From: Synechocystis sp. PCC 6803 substr. PCC-P
GTDB taxonomy: Bacteria > Cyanobacteriota > Cyanobacteriia > Cyanobacteriales > Microcystaceae
NCBI RefSeq assembly: GCF_000284455.1
Contig: NC_017039.1
Location: forward strand, 2,910,001-2,942,000
Length of the DNA stretch: 32,000 nt
Direction: 5' to 3'
Below, piece after piece: positions 1 through 9,420 of this stretch (its first letter is position 1; each line of letters starts with the position of its first letter). The notes under the pieces are model-generated. The model saw nothing but the letters and a program-made list of their open reading frames with translations. It searched no databases and was not told the origin of the DNA. The position numbers were made by a program, and so were the translations under genes.

Positions 1-876
1 CAAATCTTTCCGGCAAGCAATGAAGCCCCCAAGATTGTTGAATTGGCCAATGGCTGTCTCTGTTGCACTGTGCAGGAGGAATTTTTGCCCACCATGCAGG
101 CTTTGTTGGAGCGGCGAGAGGAAATTGACTGCATTGTGGTGGAAACTTCCGGCTTAGCCCTGCCCAAACCTCTCATTCAAGCTTTTCGTTGGCCAGAAAT
201 TCGCACTGGGGCCACGGTGGATGGAGTAATTACTGTGGTAGATGGGGATGCCCTCGCCAGGGGGGCCATGGTAGGGGATTTGGAAGCTTTGGAAGCCCAA
301 CGGCAGGCCGATGATAGCCTCGACCACGAAACTCCCATTGAAGAATTGTTTGAAGACCAGTTGGCCTGTGCGGATATGGTGCTGTTGACCAAAACCGATT
401 TGTTGGGGGATGGGGATCAACAACGGCTGGAAAATTGGTTAGGTGACCAGTTACCCACAGGAGTCAAAGTGGTGCCCTGTCACCAAGGGCAAATTAGTCC
501 AGAAATTCTCCTCGGCTTTAATGCGGCGGTGGAAGACAACCTGGACAGTCGCCCCAGTCACCATGACCATGAAGAAGACCACGACCACGATGAGGATATT
601 AATGCGGTGTATGTGGCCCTAGACCAGGAATTTGACCCGGCGCATTTGGTTCAAGGTTTAACTGATTTGGTGCAAGACCATGAGATTTATCGCATTAAGG
701 GTTTTGTCGCCGTGCCCAAAAAAGCAATGCGCCTAGTACTCCAGGGAGTTGGGCAACGATTTGATTATTTTTATGATCGCCTCTGGACAGAAGAAGATAG
801 CAGGCAAACCCGCTTGGTGGTCATTGGCCAGGGCTTGGAATCGGAAAAGATCAAAATGGCGATCGCCAACATTTAG
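1..876 (+). CDS. COG0523/CobW-family G3E GTPase metallochaperone, 5' end cut by window edge
   Basis: The frame of the listed ORF is open from base 1 (QIFPASNEAPKIVELANGCLCCT...), so the ATG at 43 is internal. Motifs seen: GCxCC-type metal motif NGCLCCT, ETSGLA, TKTDL (NKxD-like), a His/Asp/Glu-rich stretch SHHDHEEDHDHDED, and a CobW C-terminal-like segment (YRIKGF...RLVVIG). Confidence 0.9.
   Translation, partial: QIFPASNEAPKIVELANGCLCCTVQEEFLPTMQALLERREEIDCIVVETSGLALPKPLIQAFRWPEIRTGATVDGVITVVDGDALARGAMVGDLEALEAQRQADDSLDHETPIEELFEDQLACADMVLLTKTDLLGDGDQQRLENWLGDQLPTGVKVVPCHQGQISPEILLGFNAAVEDNLDSRPSHHDHEEDHDHDEDINAVYVALDQEFDPAHLVQGLTDLVQDHEIYRIKGFVAVPKKAMRLVLQGVGQRFDYFYDRLWTEEDSRQTRLVVIGQGLESEKIKMAIANI
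859..866. repeat. HIP1 octamer GCGATCGC (representative of at least 25 perfect copies in the window)
   Basis: Perfect GCGATCGC copies found by eye start at 859, 1699, 2063, 5066, 6405, 6620, 7579, 11338, 13264, 13438, 13970, 16521, 17687, 18459, 18760, 18990, 20521, 21553, 24812, 28098, 28476, 29647, 30735, 31420 and 31920. Most are embedded in GGCGATCGCC. About a dozen one-mismatch variants were also seen. Confidence 0.95.
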
Positions 877-938
877 ACCCCTTCGGCCATCAACAGAATC
901 GGCTACCATGGAGCAGAGAAACACAAGCTTTCAAGGTA

Positions 939-1952
939 ATGGTAAATTTCGGGCTTAATTCAGCTAGCATCCTTGGTATTTTTCTTGCAGTGGCCGGGGC
1001 CGGGCTCTATTTCCTGCGCTCAGTGCGGCCGGAGGTGTCCCGGGATTACGACATCTTTTTCTCCGCTGTGGGCTTACTGTGTGGACTAATTTTGCTATTC
1101 CAAGGTTGGCGGCTCGACCCGATTTTACAATTTGGACAACTTCTATTAAGTGGTTCCACCGTGTTTTTTGCCGCTGAAACCATTCGTTTGCGGGGCATCA
1201 CCACCGAACAGGCCCGGCGCAGTGCCCCCTACGCAGACGATCGCCGGGTGAGCAAAACCAGGGTCTATACGGAAGCGGAATTGGATCAGTTGGAACCGGA
1301 AGATGAACCCGTGGCCCGCAATAATCGCCGCCTGAGGGGTTATGACGATGATGCCCGCAGTGGCCGTCCCGATGGCTATGGAGAAGCGGAAGCCCGCCCC
1401 AGACCCCGTTCCCAAGGCCGTAACGCTCCCCCCACTAACCCCAACCCCAGACCAACCCGTTCCCGTCCCTCCGCTGGCCGCAGTGCCCCCCAAAGACCCG
1501 GCCCCGCCCCTGGTTACAACGATAACTACGGTTACGAAGACGATTATTCCGGTTGGGAGAGTGGTGCCAATGATGTGTGGGATGATCCCACCCCTAGCCG
1601 TCGGCCGCCTACCCGTCGTCCCCGTCCCGAAGCTGGTAATGATCCGGCCCCTTCCCGTCGTCCCCGTCCTAGTAATAATCCCCCCAATGATTCCTTTGGC
1701 GATCGCCCGGAGAGAAATGCCCCCCGCAATGCCCGTCCCTACGAAGATGAACCGCCCGCGGCCTATGTGGACTATCAACCCATTGACGAAGCCGATTTAA
1801 CTCCCCGCCCCACCACTCCCGAGGACCCTGCCGATAGGAACCAGGAACAGAGTCGCAGTGGTAATCCCCGCAGTCAACGCCCTAGTCGCTCCCCCGTCGA
1901 TGGCGAAGAGCCCCCCATCGGAGCTGATGACCAAGAACGGTTTGATTATTAG
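939..1952 (+). CDS. ycf66: Ycf66-family membrane protein with a long Pro/Arg/Asp/Asn-rich low-complexity C-terminal tail
   Basis: The N-terminal ~85 aa (MVNFGLNSASILGIFLAVAGAGLYFLRSVRPEVSRDYDIFFSAVGLLCGLILLFQGWRLDPILQFGQLLL) matches the Ycf66 family as I recall it, with three hydrophobic helices. AAGG lies just upstream of the ATG. The remaining ~250 aa are low complexity. Confidence 0.85.
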   Translation: MVNFGLNSASILGIFLAVAGAGLYFLRSVRPEVSRDYDIFFSAVGLLCGLILLFQGWRLDPILQFGQLLLSGSTVFFAAETIRLRGITTEQARRSAPYADDRRVSKTRVYTEAELDQLEPEDEPVARNNRRLRGYDDDARSGRPDGYGEAEARPRPRSQGRNAPPTNPNPRPTRSRPSAGRSAPQRPGPAPGYNDNYGYEDDYSGWESGANDVWDDPTPSRRPPTRRPRPEAGNDPAPSRRPRPSNNPPNDSFGDRPERNAPRNARPYEDEPPAAYVDYQPIDEADLTPRPTTPEDPADRNQEQSRSGNPRSQRPSRSPVDGEEPPIGADDQERFDY

Positions 1953-1961
1953 TTTTTCCCA

Positions 1962-2534
1962 GTGAACAGGGTGAGAATTTGGAGTAGTTTAGGGCGGACT
2001 CCATGGTTATGGTTGGCAATAATACTAGTCCCCCTAGCGCTCAGTGGTTGTAATAACGTCAGGCGATCGCCATTGGATCAGAGCTTAAATAGCCGCTTCA
2101 ATGACGAACAGCCCAGCCTCAGTGGTGACGGTCGCTGGTTGGCCCTAGTTTCTAACCGCAACGGCACCAGGGAAATTCTGGTCTATGACCTGCGCAACAA
2201 TCAATTGGTCAACCTACCGGGATTGAACCAAGCCAACACCATTGCCGAAAGTCCCAGTCTGAGCCGCACCGGCCGTTATTTGGTTTATCTGTCCAGCATT
2301 CAAGGGCGGCCTGACATCGCCTTATACGATCGCCTGACCAAAAAAACTGACCTGTTAACCCTCAACTATCGCCAGTGGGTACGCAATCCCAGGATTAGCC
2401 CCGATGGTCGCTATATCGTTTTTGAAACCGCTAAACGGGGACAATGGGACATTGAAATCCTTGATCGAGGTCCCCAAATTGAATTGGATATTGCCGAAGG
2501 TGCTCCCGTGGAAAGCCCCCCCACTGCACCATGA
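1962..2534 (+). CDS. TolB-like PD40 (WD40-like beta-propeller repeat) lipoprotein
   Basis: GTG start 9 nt after the ycf66 stop. Signal peptide with lipobox LALSGC. Repeated PD40-like motifs: PSLSGDGRWLALVSNRNG, PSLSRTGRYLVYLS and PRISPDGRYIVFE. Confidence 0.75.
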   Translation: MNRVRIWSSLGRTPWLWLAIILVPLALSGCNNVRRSPLDQSLNSRFNDEQPSLSGDGRWLALVSNRNGTREILVYDLRNNQLVNLPGLNQANTIAESPSLSRTGRYLVYLSSIQGRPDIALYDRLTKKTDLLTLNYRQWVRNPRISPDGRYIVFETAKRGQWDIEILDRGPQIELDIAEGAPVESPPTAP

Positions 2535-2637
2535 TCAACCATTGGTAAAACTGAATTTTGCTTAAAGCTCCTTCACAAAAGCGGCTTCAACATTGTGCGA
2601 TCCTAAAGAATGGCAAAGTTTAACCACTAACAATTAA

Positions 2638-3624
<987 letters not shown>

Positions 3625-3638
3625 TTCACCGATAAATT

Positions 3639-3657
3639 CCCCCCAGCCTTGGGGGGG
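3639..3657. terminator. GC-rich hairpin between convergent por and lipase genes (possible bidirectional terminator)
   Basis: CCCCCCA-gcct-TGGGGGG forms a 7-bp stem with a 4-nt loop. A second G6 run at 3661-3666 could pair alternatively. There is no clear U-tract on either strand, so function is uncertain. Confidence 0.4.
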
Positions 3658-3680
3658 TCAGGGGGGCAGTTCAAAAACGA

Positions 3681-4838
3681 TCAAACGGCGGCGATTGGAT
3701 AATCTCTGGACTGATCCGTTTCCACTTCCCTATCCACTGCTCCCTGGTAGGTATCCACCACATGGTTGGGTAAGATGTCCCCTCCTTGGCTGAGGAAACT
3801 CCAACTTTGCCCGACATGGACATAGGTGCCTAACCCCGTAGTGGGGGGCAGGAGGGGAATCACGTCTGCGAGGTTAACAATACGGTAACTGTTGGGCACT
3901 TGGCGGGAATGGAGTTGGGCAAAGGTCACATCGCCGACCCTGGGGCAGGCATAGCTATAAAGTTGAATCTGGGACCGTAAGTTGGGGAGGTTAACCGCTA
4001 GATCCAACGCCGCCAGCACCGCCAGGGAAGCCCCCAAACTATGGCCAGTGACGTAACAGGGCACGGCCGGGTCTAACTGCTGGGCAATTTCCCTCGGAAT
4101 GGGACTGACAATACGGAGATAATTTTCGATAAAGCCCTGGTGAATTTTGCCAAAATATTGCCCCGATCGCCGTTCGGTGAAGGGAATTTGTTGGGCCCGG
4201 AGATTATTGACCCATTCCATGGTGGTTTGGGTACCCCGAAAAACAATGAGATTGCGGCGGGGAGAACTGAGGATAAAACCCAGGTAAACGGGGATTTCCT
4301 GGGTTACTTTGACCACTTGACGAATGGTTTCCCCCAGGGAATCTTCCGCTTGGTCCCAGGTTTTATCTAAGGGGTCACCGGTATTATCCAGGGGAATTTG
4401 CACCGCAACGGATTCGGAAATGTGAGCTTCCCTACCGCGAAAAGAAGCAATTTGTTTATACTCATCCAGGTCGGAGCTATAGGCCGGTAACTGGCGAATA
4501 TTGCCGTCGTAGCTAGGGATGGTTTTCCCAGTTAAGTATTGCTGGGTGGCGATTTTACTGCAACGGATCAGCAATTGGGAAATTTGGCGATCGTAGGGCA
4601 GGATAGGGGGAGTGAGCCTAACACTGTTAATAATTTCCTCGCCCCGGTAAATTTTTTCCGCATCCGCTTCAAAGGCGGCATTTAACATGCTGGTGCGGTC
4701 GGTGTTGGCCGCTTGGGCTTTGGCTAATGCCTGTAATTCCCTGATTTCCTGGCGATGGCGTTCCTCCCGGCCTATGGTGAATGCTCCCCCCAGGGCCACT
4801 CCCCCCAGCAATAGTCGGCGGCGGTTAAAGATGCCCAT
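3681..4838 (-). CDS. Class 3 (alpha/beta-hydrolase) lipase with twin-arginine signal peptide
   Basis: Nucleophile elbow GHSLGAS within VTGHSLGASLAVLAALDL. The preferred start is the ATG at 4838 (MGIFNRRRLLLGGVALGGAFTIG, Tat-like RRR plus hydrophobic core). The longer ORF to 4958 would run through the upstream gene. Confidence 0.8.
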   Translation of the reverse strand: MGIFNRRRLLLGGVALGGAFTIGREERHRQEIRELQALAKAQAANTDRTSMLNAAFEADAEKIYRGEEIINSVRLTPPILPYDRQISQLLIRCSKIATQQYLTGKTIPSYDGNIRQLPAYSSDLDEYKQIASFRGREAHISESVAVQIPLDNTGDPLDKTWDQAEDSLGETIRQVVKVTQEIPVYLGFILSSPRRNLIVFRGTQTTMEWVNNLRAQQIPFTERRSGQYFGKIHQGFIENYLRIVSPIPREIAQQLDPAVPCYVTGHSLGASLAVLAALDLAVNLPNLRSQIQLYSYACPRVGDVTFAQLHSRQVPNSYRIVNLADVIPLLPPTTGLGTYVHVGQSWSFLSQGGDILPNHVVDTYQGAVDREVETDQSRDYPIAAV

Positions 4839-5322
4839 GGTTGATGCTCTCCTGGTCGGGCTGGACTGGTTGATGGAAACGATGCCCCAAAGCGCCATTG
4901 GCATAGTACTGGTTGGTGCTTTGGCCCAACATCCAAGTGAGGGTAAACAGCCCCGCAAAGCCTTTAAAACTGTCGAAATAGGGCACCCAAATCCCGATCG
5001 CCAGTAGGGTGACCCAAACCACAGCGGCGGTAATTACTGCGCCAATGGCCCCAAAAATGTTACCGGCGATCGCCAACAGGTCTTGGCCCCGGGGAAATTG
5101 CCAAATCTTACCAATGTCCCGGCACATCTTCACCAGCAGAAATAACACCAACAGCAAGCGCAGGGAATAGTAACCGGCGATCGGCAACAGAGTAATTAAA
5201 CTGGTGCCCAAGGCGTAATCGAAAACTAAATCCCTGGCCTGCTTGGCCCGGTGCAGATTTTTTTGCCAAAGTTCGACGGTTGACTGCACCATGTTTTCAA
5301 ACCTTTCAAACTGGAATGGCAA
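4825..5322 (-). CDS. Hypothetical integral membrane protein (3-4 predicted helices)
   Basis: 165-aa ORF with hydrophobic segments: LGTSLITLLPIAGYYSLRLLLVLFLLV, IAGNIFGAIGAVITAAVVWVTLLAIGIWV and FAGLFTLTWML. Its stop (4825-4827) overlaps the lipase start by 14 nt. I recognise no family. Confidence 0.6.
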   Translation of the reverse strand: MPFQFERFENMVQSTVELWQKNLHRAKQARDLVFDYALGTSLITLLPIAGYYSLRLLLVLFLLVKMCRDIGKIWQFPRGQDLLAIAGNIFGAIGAVITAAVVWVTLLAIGIWVPYFDSFKGFAGLFTLTWMLGQSTNQYYANGALGHRFHQPVQPDQESINHGHL

Positions 5323-5363
5323 TTGATAAAGGCGTAGAGCTAGAGCTACCTTTGGGAGGGATT

Positions 5364-6602
5364 CTAACCCAATTTGAGGGTGGAAGTGATTCGTTCCATC
5401 GCTTCCTCCACATTGGCCCGACTATTGAAAGCCGAAATGCGGAAATAGCCTTCCCCCGCCGCGCCAAAGCCAGAGCCTGGAGTGCCCACCACATTAACTG
5501 TGTGTAATAACTTATCGAAAAAGTCCCAACTGCTCAGGCCATGGGGGGTTTTGACCCACACATAGGGAGCGTTAATGCCACCATAAACCTGCAAACCAGC
5601 GGCGGCTAATTTCTCCCGAATAATGCGAGCATTTTCCAAATAAAAAGCAATCAGTTCCTGTACTTGGGCTTGGCCTTCGGGGGAATAGACGGCCTCTGCC
5701 CCTCGCTGGATAATGTAGGAAACGCCATTAAATTTGGTGGATTGGCGGCGGTTCCAGAGTTTCCATAGCTCCACGTCACTGCCGTCGGCGGCTTTAGCCG
5801 TTAAGGTTTTGGGCACAACGGTTAACGCACAACGGGTACCGGTGAAACCAGCATTTTTAGAAAAAGAGCGAAACTCAATGGCGCAATCCCTCGCTCCTTC
5901 AATTTCATAGATGGAATGGGGCAAAGTGGGGTCAGTGATAAATGCCTCGTAGGCCGCATCGAAAAAGATGATCGAGCCGTGGGCCAGGGCATAATCTACC
6001 CACTGTTTCAAATAGGCCTTAGTGGCAGTGGCTCCGGTGGGGTTGTTGGGAAAACAGAGATAGATTAAATCTACTTTTTTGCTTGGTATGGCCGCGACAA
6101 AGTCATTTTCGGCCGAAATGGGGAGATAGACTAAACCACCGTATTCCCCTTTTTCATTGGCATCGCCGGTATGGCCCGCCATCACATTGGTGTCCACATA
6201 AACGGGATAAACAGGGTCAGTGACAGCGATGGTGTTATCTTTGCCGAAAATATCGAGGATATTGCCGGTGTCACATTTAGAACCGTCGGAGATGAAAATT
6301 TCTTCGGCGTTAACCTCACAGCCCCTAGCTTGGAAATCGTGCTGGGCAATTTTTTCCCGCAACCAAGCGTAACCCTGTTCCGGGCCGTATCCTTTGAAGG
6401 TTTGGCGATCGCCCATGTCGTCGATGGCTTTGGCCATGGCCTGGCGACAAGCAAGGGGCAGGGGTTCCGTTACATCTCCAATACCAAGTTTGATCACCTG
6501 GGCGTTAGGATTGGCAGTGGTGAAAGCATTTACCCGCCGAGCAATTTCGGGAAACAGGTAACCGGCTTTCAGTTTGAGATAGTTGTCGTTGATACTGGCC
6601 AT
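5364..6602 (-). CDS. dapL: LL-diaminopimelate aminotransferase (PLP-dependent, class I aminotransferase)
   Basis: 412 aa. The N-terminus [21 protein letters not shown] is typical of DapL. The PLP-lysine motif [12 protein letters not shown] and the NPTG motif are present. Confidence 0.9.
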   Translation of the reverse strand: MASINDNYLKLKAGYLFPEIARRVNAFTTANPNAQVIKLGIGDVTEPLPLACRQAMAKAIDDMGDRQTFKGYGPEQGYAWLREKIAQHDFQARGCEVNAEEIFISDGSKCDTGNILDIFGKDNTIAVTDPVYPVYVDTNVMAGHTGDANEKGEYGGLVYLPISAENDFVAAIPSKKVDLIYLCFPNNPTGATATKAYLKQWVDYALAHGSIIFFDAAYEAFITDPTLPHSIYEIEGARDCAIEFRSFSKNAGFTGTRCALTVVPKTLTAKAADGSDVELWKLWNRRQSTKFNGVSYIIQRGAEAVYSPEGQAQVQELIAFYLENARIIREKLAAAGLQVYGGINAPYVWVKTPHGLSSWDFFDKLLHTVNVVGTPGSGFGAAGEGYFRISAFNSRANVEEAMERITSTLKLG

Positions 6603-6784
6603 GGCTTGGTGATTAAAGGGCGATCGCCATTATAAAAGGTGAGTTACCCCTCGCCCCAGGGGAAATGGCAATGGGTTTATGCTCGCTCCAATCAATACTG
6701 CTCCCGTTGGTTTAATCATGGTGACGGCCATAGCTAGTCCAAATTTCTGCTAAAACCTATCCTTAACACCCCCATCGAACATTT

Positions 6785-7402
6785 ATGTCCCAGTGGATCA
6801 CAGAATGGATTCCCCAAGTAATGAATCAATTGGGCTATGGGGGAATTAGCCTTTTAATGTTTTTGGAAAACTTATTTCCTCCCATTCCGTCTGAGTTGAT
6901 CATGCCCTTAGCTGGTTTTGCCGTTGCCCAGGGAAAATTGGAATTATTCCCGGCGATCGTTGCAGGTATTATCGGTACAATTCTGGGAGCTTATCCCTGG
7001 TACTACATCGGTAAATGGGTCAGCGAAGAAAGGCTAGAACAACTGGCTGACCGTTATGGTAAATGGATTGGCCTAGACGCCAAAGATATCCATAAATCGA
7101 ACGTTTGGTTTGGTCGCTATGGCCATCAATCCGTCTTTTTTGGACGCCTAGTGCCTGGTATTCGTACCATTGTTTCCTTGCCCGCAGGCGTCAATGCCAT
7201 GGGTTTGATTTCCTTTACTCTCTACAGTTTGGGGGGCATATCTCTCTGGGTAACTTTTTTAGCTAGCGCAGGTTACAAACTGGGTGATCATTACGAACTG
7301 GTGGAGCAATATTTGGGGCCAGTGTCAAAAATTGTCCTAGTTAGTATAGTCGCTATTCTTGTGCTGTTAATTGTTCGCAAACAGCTACGTCGAAGGGCTT
7401 AA
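6785..7402 (+). CDS. DedA/SNARE-associated family membrane protein
   Basis: LENLFPPIPSELIMPLAG and FFGRLVPGIRTIVSLPAG are the characteristic DedA motifs. Multiple transmembrane helices. Confidence 0.85.
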   Translation: MSQWITEWIPQVMNQLGYGGISLLMFLENLFPPIPSELIMPLAGFAVAQGKLELFPAIVAGIIGTILGAYPWYYIGKWVSEERLEQLADRYGKWIGLDAKDIHKSNVWFGRYGHQSVFFGRLVPGIRTIVSLPAGVNAMGLISFTLYSLGGISLWVTFLASAGYKLGDHYELVEQYLGPVSKIVLVSIVAILVLLIVRKQLRRRA

Positions 7403-7533
7403 TTTTTAGGATCCAGCTTCAATCCTATTTCGATGGTGAATTTTTCAGTTACCCATCCCCCTATCCCCATGAACCTTAGACTAAAATCGGGTCTTGGCCA
7501 CATTCAAACATCCCGATTCTGGGGAAACTTACT

Positions 7534-9051
7534 GTGATTGCACAAATTAATCCACCACCACAAGGACCAGGGCCCCAGGCGATCGCCAATGTGCTTGAAC
7601 AATGGCATTTCCTGAACATTTGGCTGTTTGAAACACTGAATACTCCCATCTTCAAATTGGGCACTGAAAGCATCACTTTATGGTGGATTATTCAAGCCTG
7701 TTTTCTCCTTTTGCTGGTAGGAGTATTCGCCAAAGCTACTAAACAATTCCTAAAAAAGTTCCTACTGCTCAAACTTAGATTTAGTGAAGGTAACCGAGAA
7801 GTAATTGGTACATTAACTAGTTTGGGGGTGGCCGTATTAGGCTTTATCGTTGTATTGCAAGCCATGGGCTTGGAACTAGCTAGCTTTGCAGTAATTATGG
7901 GGGGACTAGGGATTGGCATTGGTTTTGGCTTGCAGGAATTAACTAGGAATTTAGTCAGTGGTTTGACAATTTTCGGCGAAAATAAACTTAAAGTTGGTGA
8001 CTTAATTGAATTTAATAATCACATTGGTTACATCAAGGAAATTTCCATTCGCTCTACCATCATCCGTACCTTTAGAGGTAGTGACCTAGTGGTGCCCAAC
8101 ACGGATTTAACCAGCAATTTAGTTGTTAACTGGAATTATGAAAATTGTAGTGGCCGCCTGGAAGTACCAGTTAGTGTGGAATATGGCAGTGACCTAGTTT
8201 TGGTCACGGAAGTGCTATTGGAATCCGCCGCCATGGAAAAAAATATTGTCAGCGAGCCCGCACCAAAAGCAGTTTTCCTTGGATTTGGGGACAATTCTCT
8301 TAATTTTGAACTCTGGGTTTGGACTGAAAGAATTGACCAAAGATTTCTCATCTTTAGCTCCCTTAATCACATCATTCAATATAATTGTCGTCGTCGAGGA
8401 ATTAATATGCCCTTTCCCCAAAGGGATATCTGGTTGAGAAATCCAGAAAGTATCTGTCTAGCAGTTAGTGATCAAGACAACAACGCTACAGTCCCCGGGA
8501 AAGAAGTAGGTGAATCCCCTACCCTCACTCAGCTACTGAAGAAAAACTTCTGCTTTCAAAAACTCAACGATCTTGAAATTAGAAATGTGATTGAAATGGG
8601 TAAACGATGGCATTTACAGCCAGGAGAAATTTTAATTAAACAAAACCAATACCACAGCTATTTTTGTATTGTGCTAACTGGGGCGATAGATGCAATTTAT
8701 GAAAATGAAAAAATTAGCAACCGTATATTTACTTTCAAACAGGGAGAATTCTTTGGTGAGTTGCCATTAATGTTAGAAATTCCCTATCCCACTACTATGA
8801 TAGCGGCCGAAGATTCCACTTTATTTTTGATTGGGAAAGATTGTTTTCATATATTGTTAGCAAACCATCCCCAACTATCAAATCTTGTCGCAGAAGAATT
8901 GGGTAAGCGCCAGGATGCTCTCCAGGGCTATGAACAAAAACTGAAAGAAATGGGACTACTCGAAGAGGCAGATCTAAAGAACCCGGTGGAATGGATTCGG
9001 CAAAGAATTAATAAGATTTTTGGTGTCAGTCAAGAATCTGCATATCGTTAA
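7534..9051 (+). CDS. MscS-family mechanosensitive channel fused to a C-terminal cyclic-nucleotide-binding domain
   Basis: GTG start; there is no in-frame ATG before the first transmembrane helix. MscS pore/beta-domain signature: GLGIGIGFGLQELTRNLVSGLTIFGENKLKVGDLIEF...IRTFRGSDLVVPN. The C-terminal cNMP-binding fold includes FFGELPL. This architecture is known as the bCNG-type channel. Confidence 0.85.
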   Translation: MIAQINPPPQGPGPQAIANVLEQWHFLNIWLFETLNTPIFKLGTESITLWWIIQACFLLLLVGVFAKATKQFLKKFLLLKLRFSEGNREVIGTLTSLGVAVLGFIVVLQAMGLELASFAVIMGGLGIGIGFGLQELTRNLVSGLTIFGENKLKVGDLIEFNNHIGYIKEISIRSTIIRTFRGSDLVVPNTDLTSNLVVNWNYENCSGRLEVPVSVEYGSDLVLVTEVLLESAAMEKNIVSEPAPKAVFLGFGDNSLNFELWVWTERIDQRFLIFSSLNHIIQYNCRRRGINMPFPQRDIWLRNPESICLAVSDQDNNATVPGKEVGESPTLTQLLKKNFCFQKLNDLEIRNVIEMGKRWHLQPGEILIKQNQYHSYFCIVLTGAIDAIYENEKISNRIFTFKQGEFFGELPLMLEIPYPTTMIAAEDSTLFLIGKDCFHILLANHPQLSNLVAEELGKRQDALQGYEQKLKEMGLLEEADLKNPVEWIRQRINKIFGVSQESAYR

Positions 9052-9192
9052 ACCTATTTACGTTGTCGCCATACATTGACCTTAAATAAACCTCCAGCTT
9101 TCCTATTTTTATGAAAGATCAGAGGCTATCGCTCTTCTATCATTGTGGGTAGGATAAAATGGAGAAGATAGTCTGAAATGCAGAGGTGGTAT

Positions 9193-9420
9193 ATGGTTGC
9201 CCCACGTGAAGCAAAAGAAACAGTATAATTCATTGACAAATACTGCGAAGGATACAGAGACTTATTTCCAGAAGTGAGAAGCTTTGAATACTTTAAATAC
9301 TTGCATCTAGGATTAATTGCGAATATAAAGAGAAAAACCTTCCCAGAAATAGCTAAGGTAGTAGGACTAGAAAATGGACAAGGATTTGACTATTTCTTCG
9401 GTAACAGCCCTTGGTCGTTA
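9193..9420 (+). pseudogene. 5' fragment of a decayed IS701-like (DDE) transposase gene, interrupted by the IS at 9421
   Basis: Translation gives MVAPREAKETV*FIDKYCEGYRDLFPEVRSFEYFKYLHLGLIANIKRKTFPEIAKVVGLENGQGFDYFFGNSPWSL. This matches the usual IS701-family N-terminal pattern (F..F..LF...F..YL.GL....RK....IA......Q....F...SPW). An in-frame TAA lies at 9226-9228. Confidence 0.6.

Noticed and set aside
1146-1800. Long ORFs overlapping the ycf66 tail: 1146-1778 minus (210 aa), 1342-1800 plus (152 aa) and 1544-1729 minus.
   Set aside because: They are by-products of the C/G-rich, stop-poor Pro/Arg codon composition of the low-complexity tail. The translations are themselves low-complexity (G/T/I or P/V runs) with no start context.
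3651-3666. G7 and G6 runs as a possible G-quadruplex.
   Set aside because: Only two G-runs are present, and a quadruplex needs four. Pairing with the upstream C6 run as a hairpin explains them better.
6171-6635. 154-aa ORF antisense to dapL.
   Set aside because: It lies entirely within a strongly supported, conserved aminotransferase gene on the other strand. It has no recognisable motifs and is a typical shadow ORF.
7485-7518. Inverted repeat AATCGGG-n20-CCCGATT between dedA and the MscS gene, considered as a terminator or riboswitch-like element.
   Set aside because: The stem is 7 bp with a 20-nt loop and no following U-tract. That is insufficient to call a terminator or any known RNA motif.
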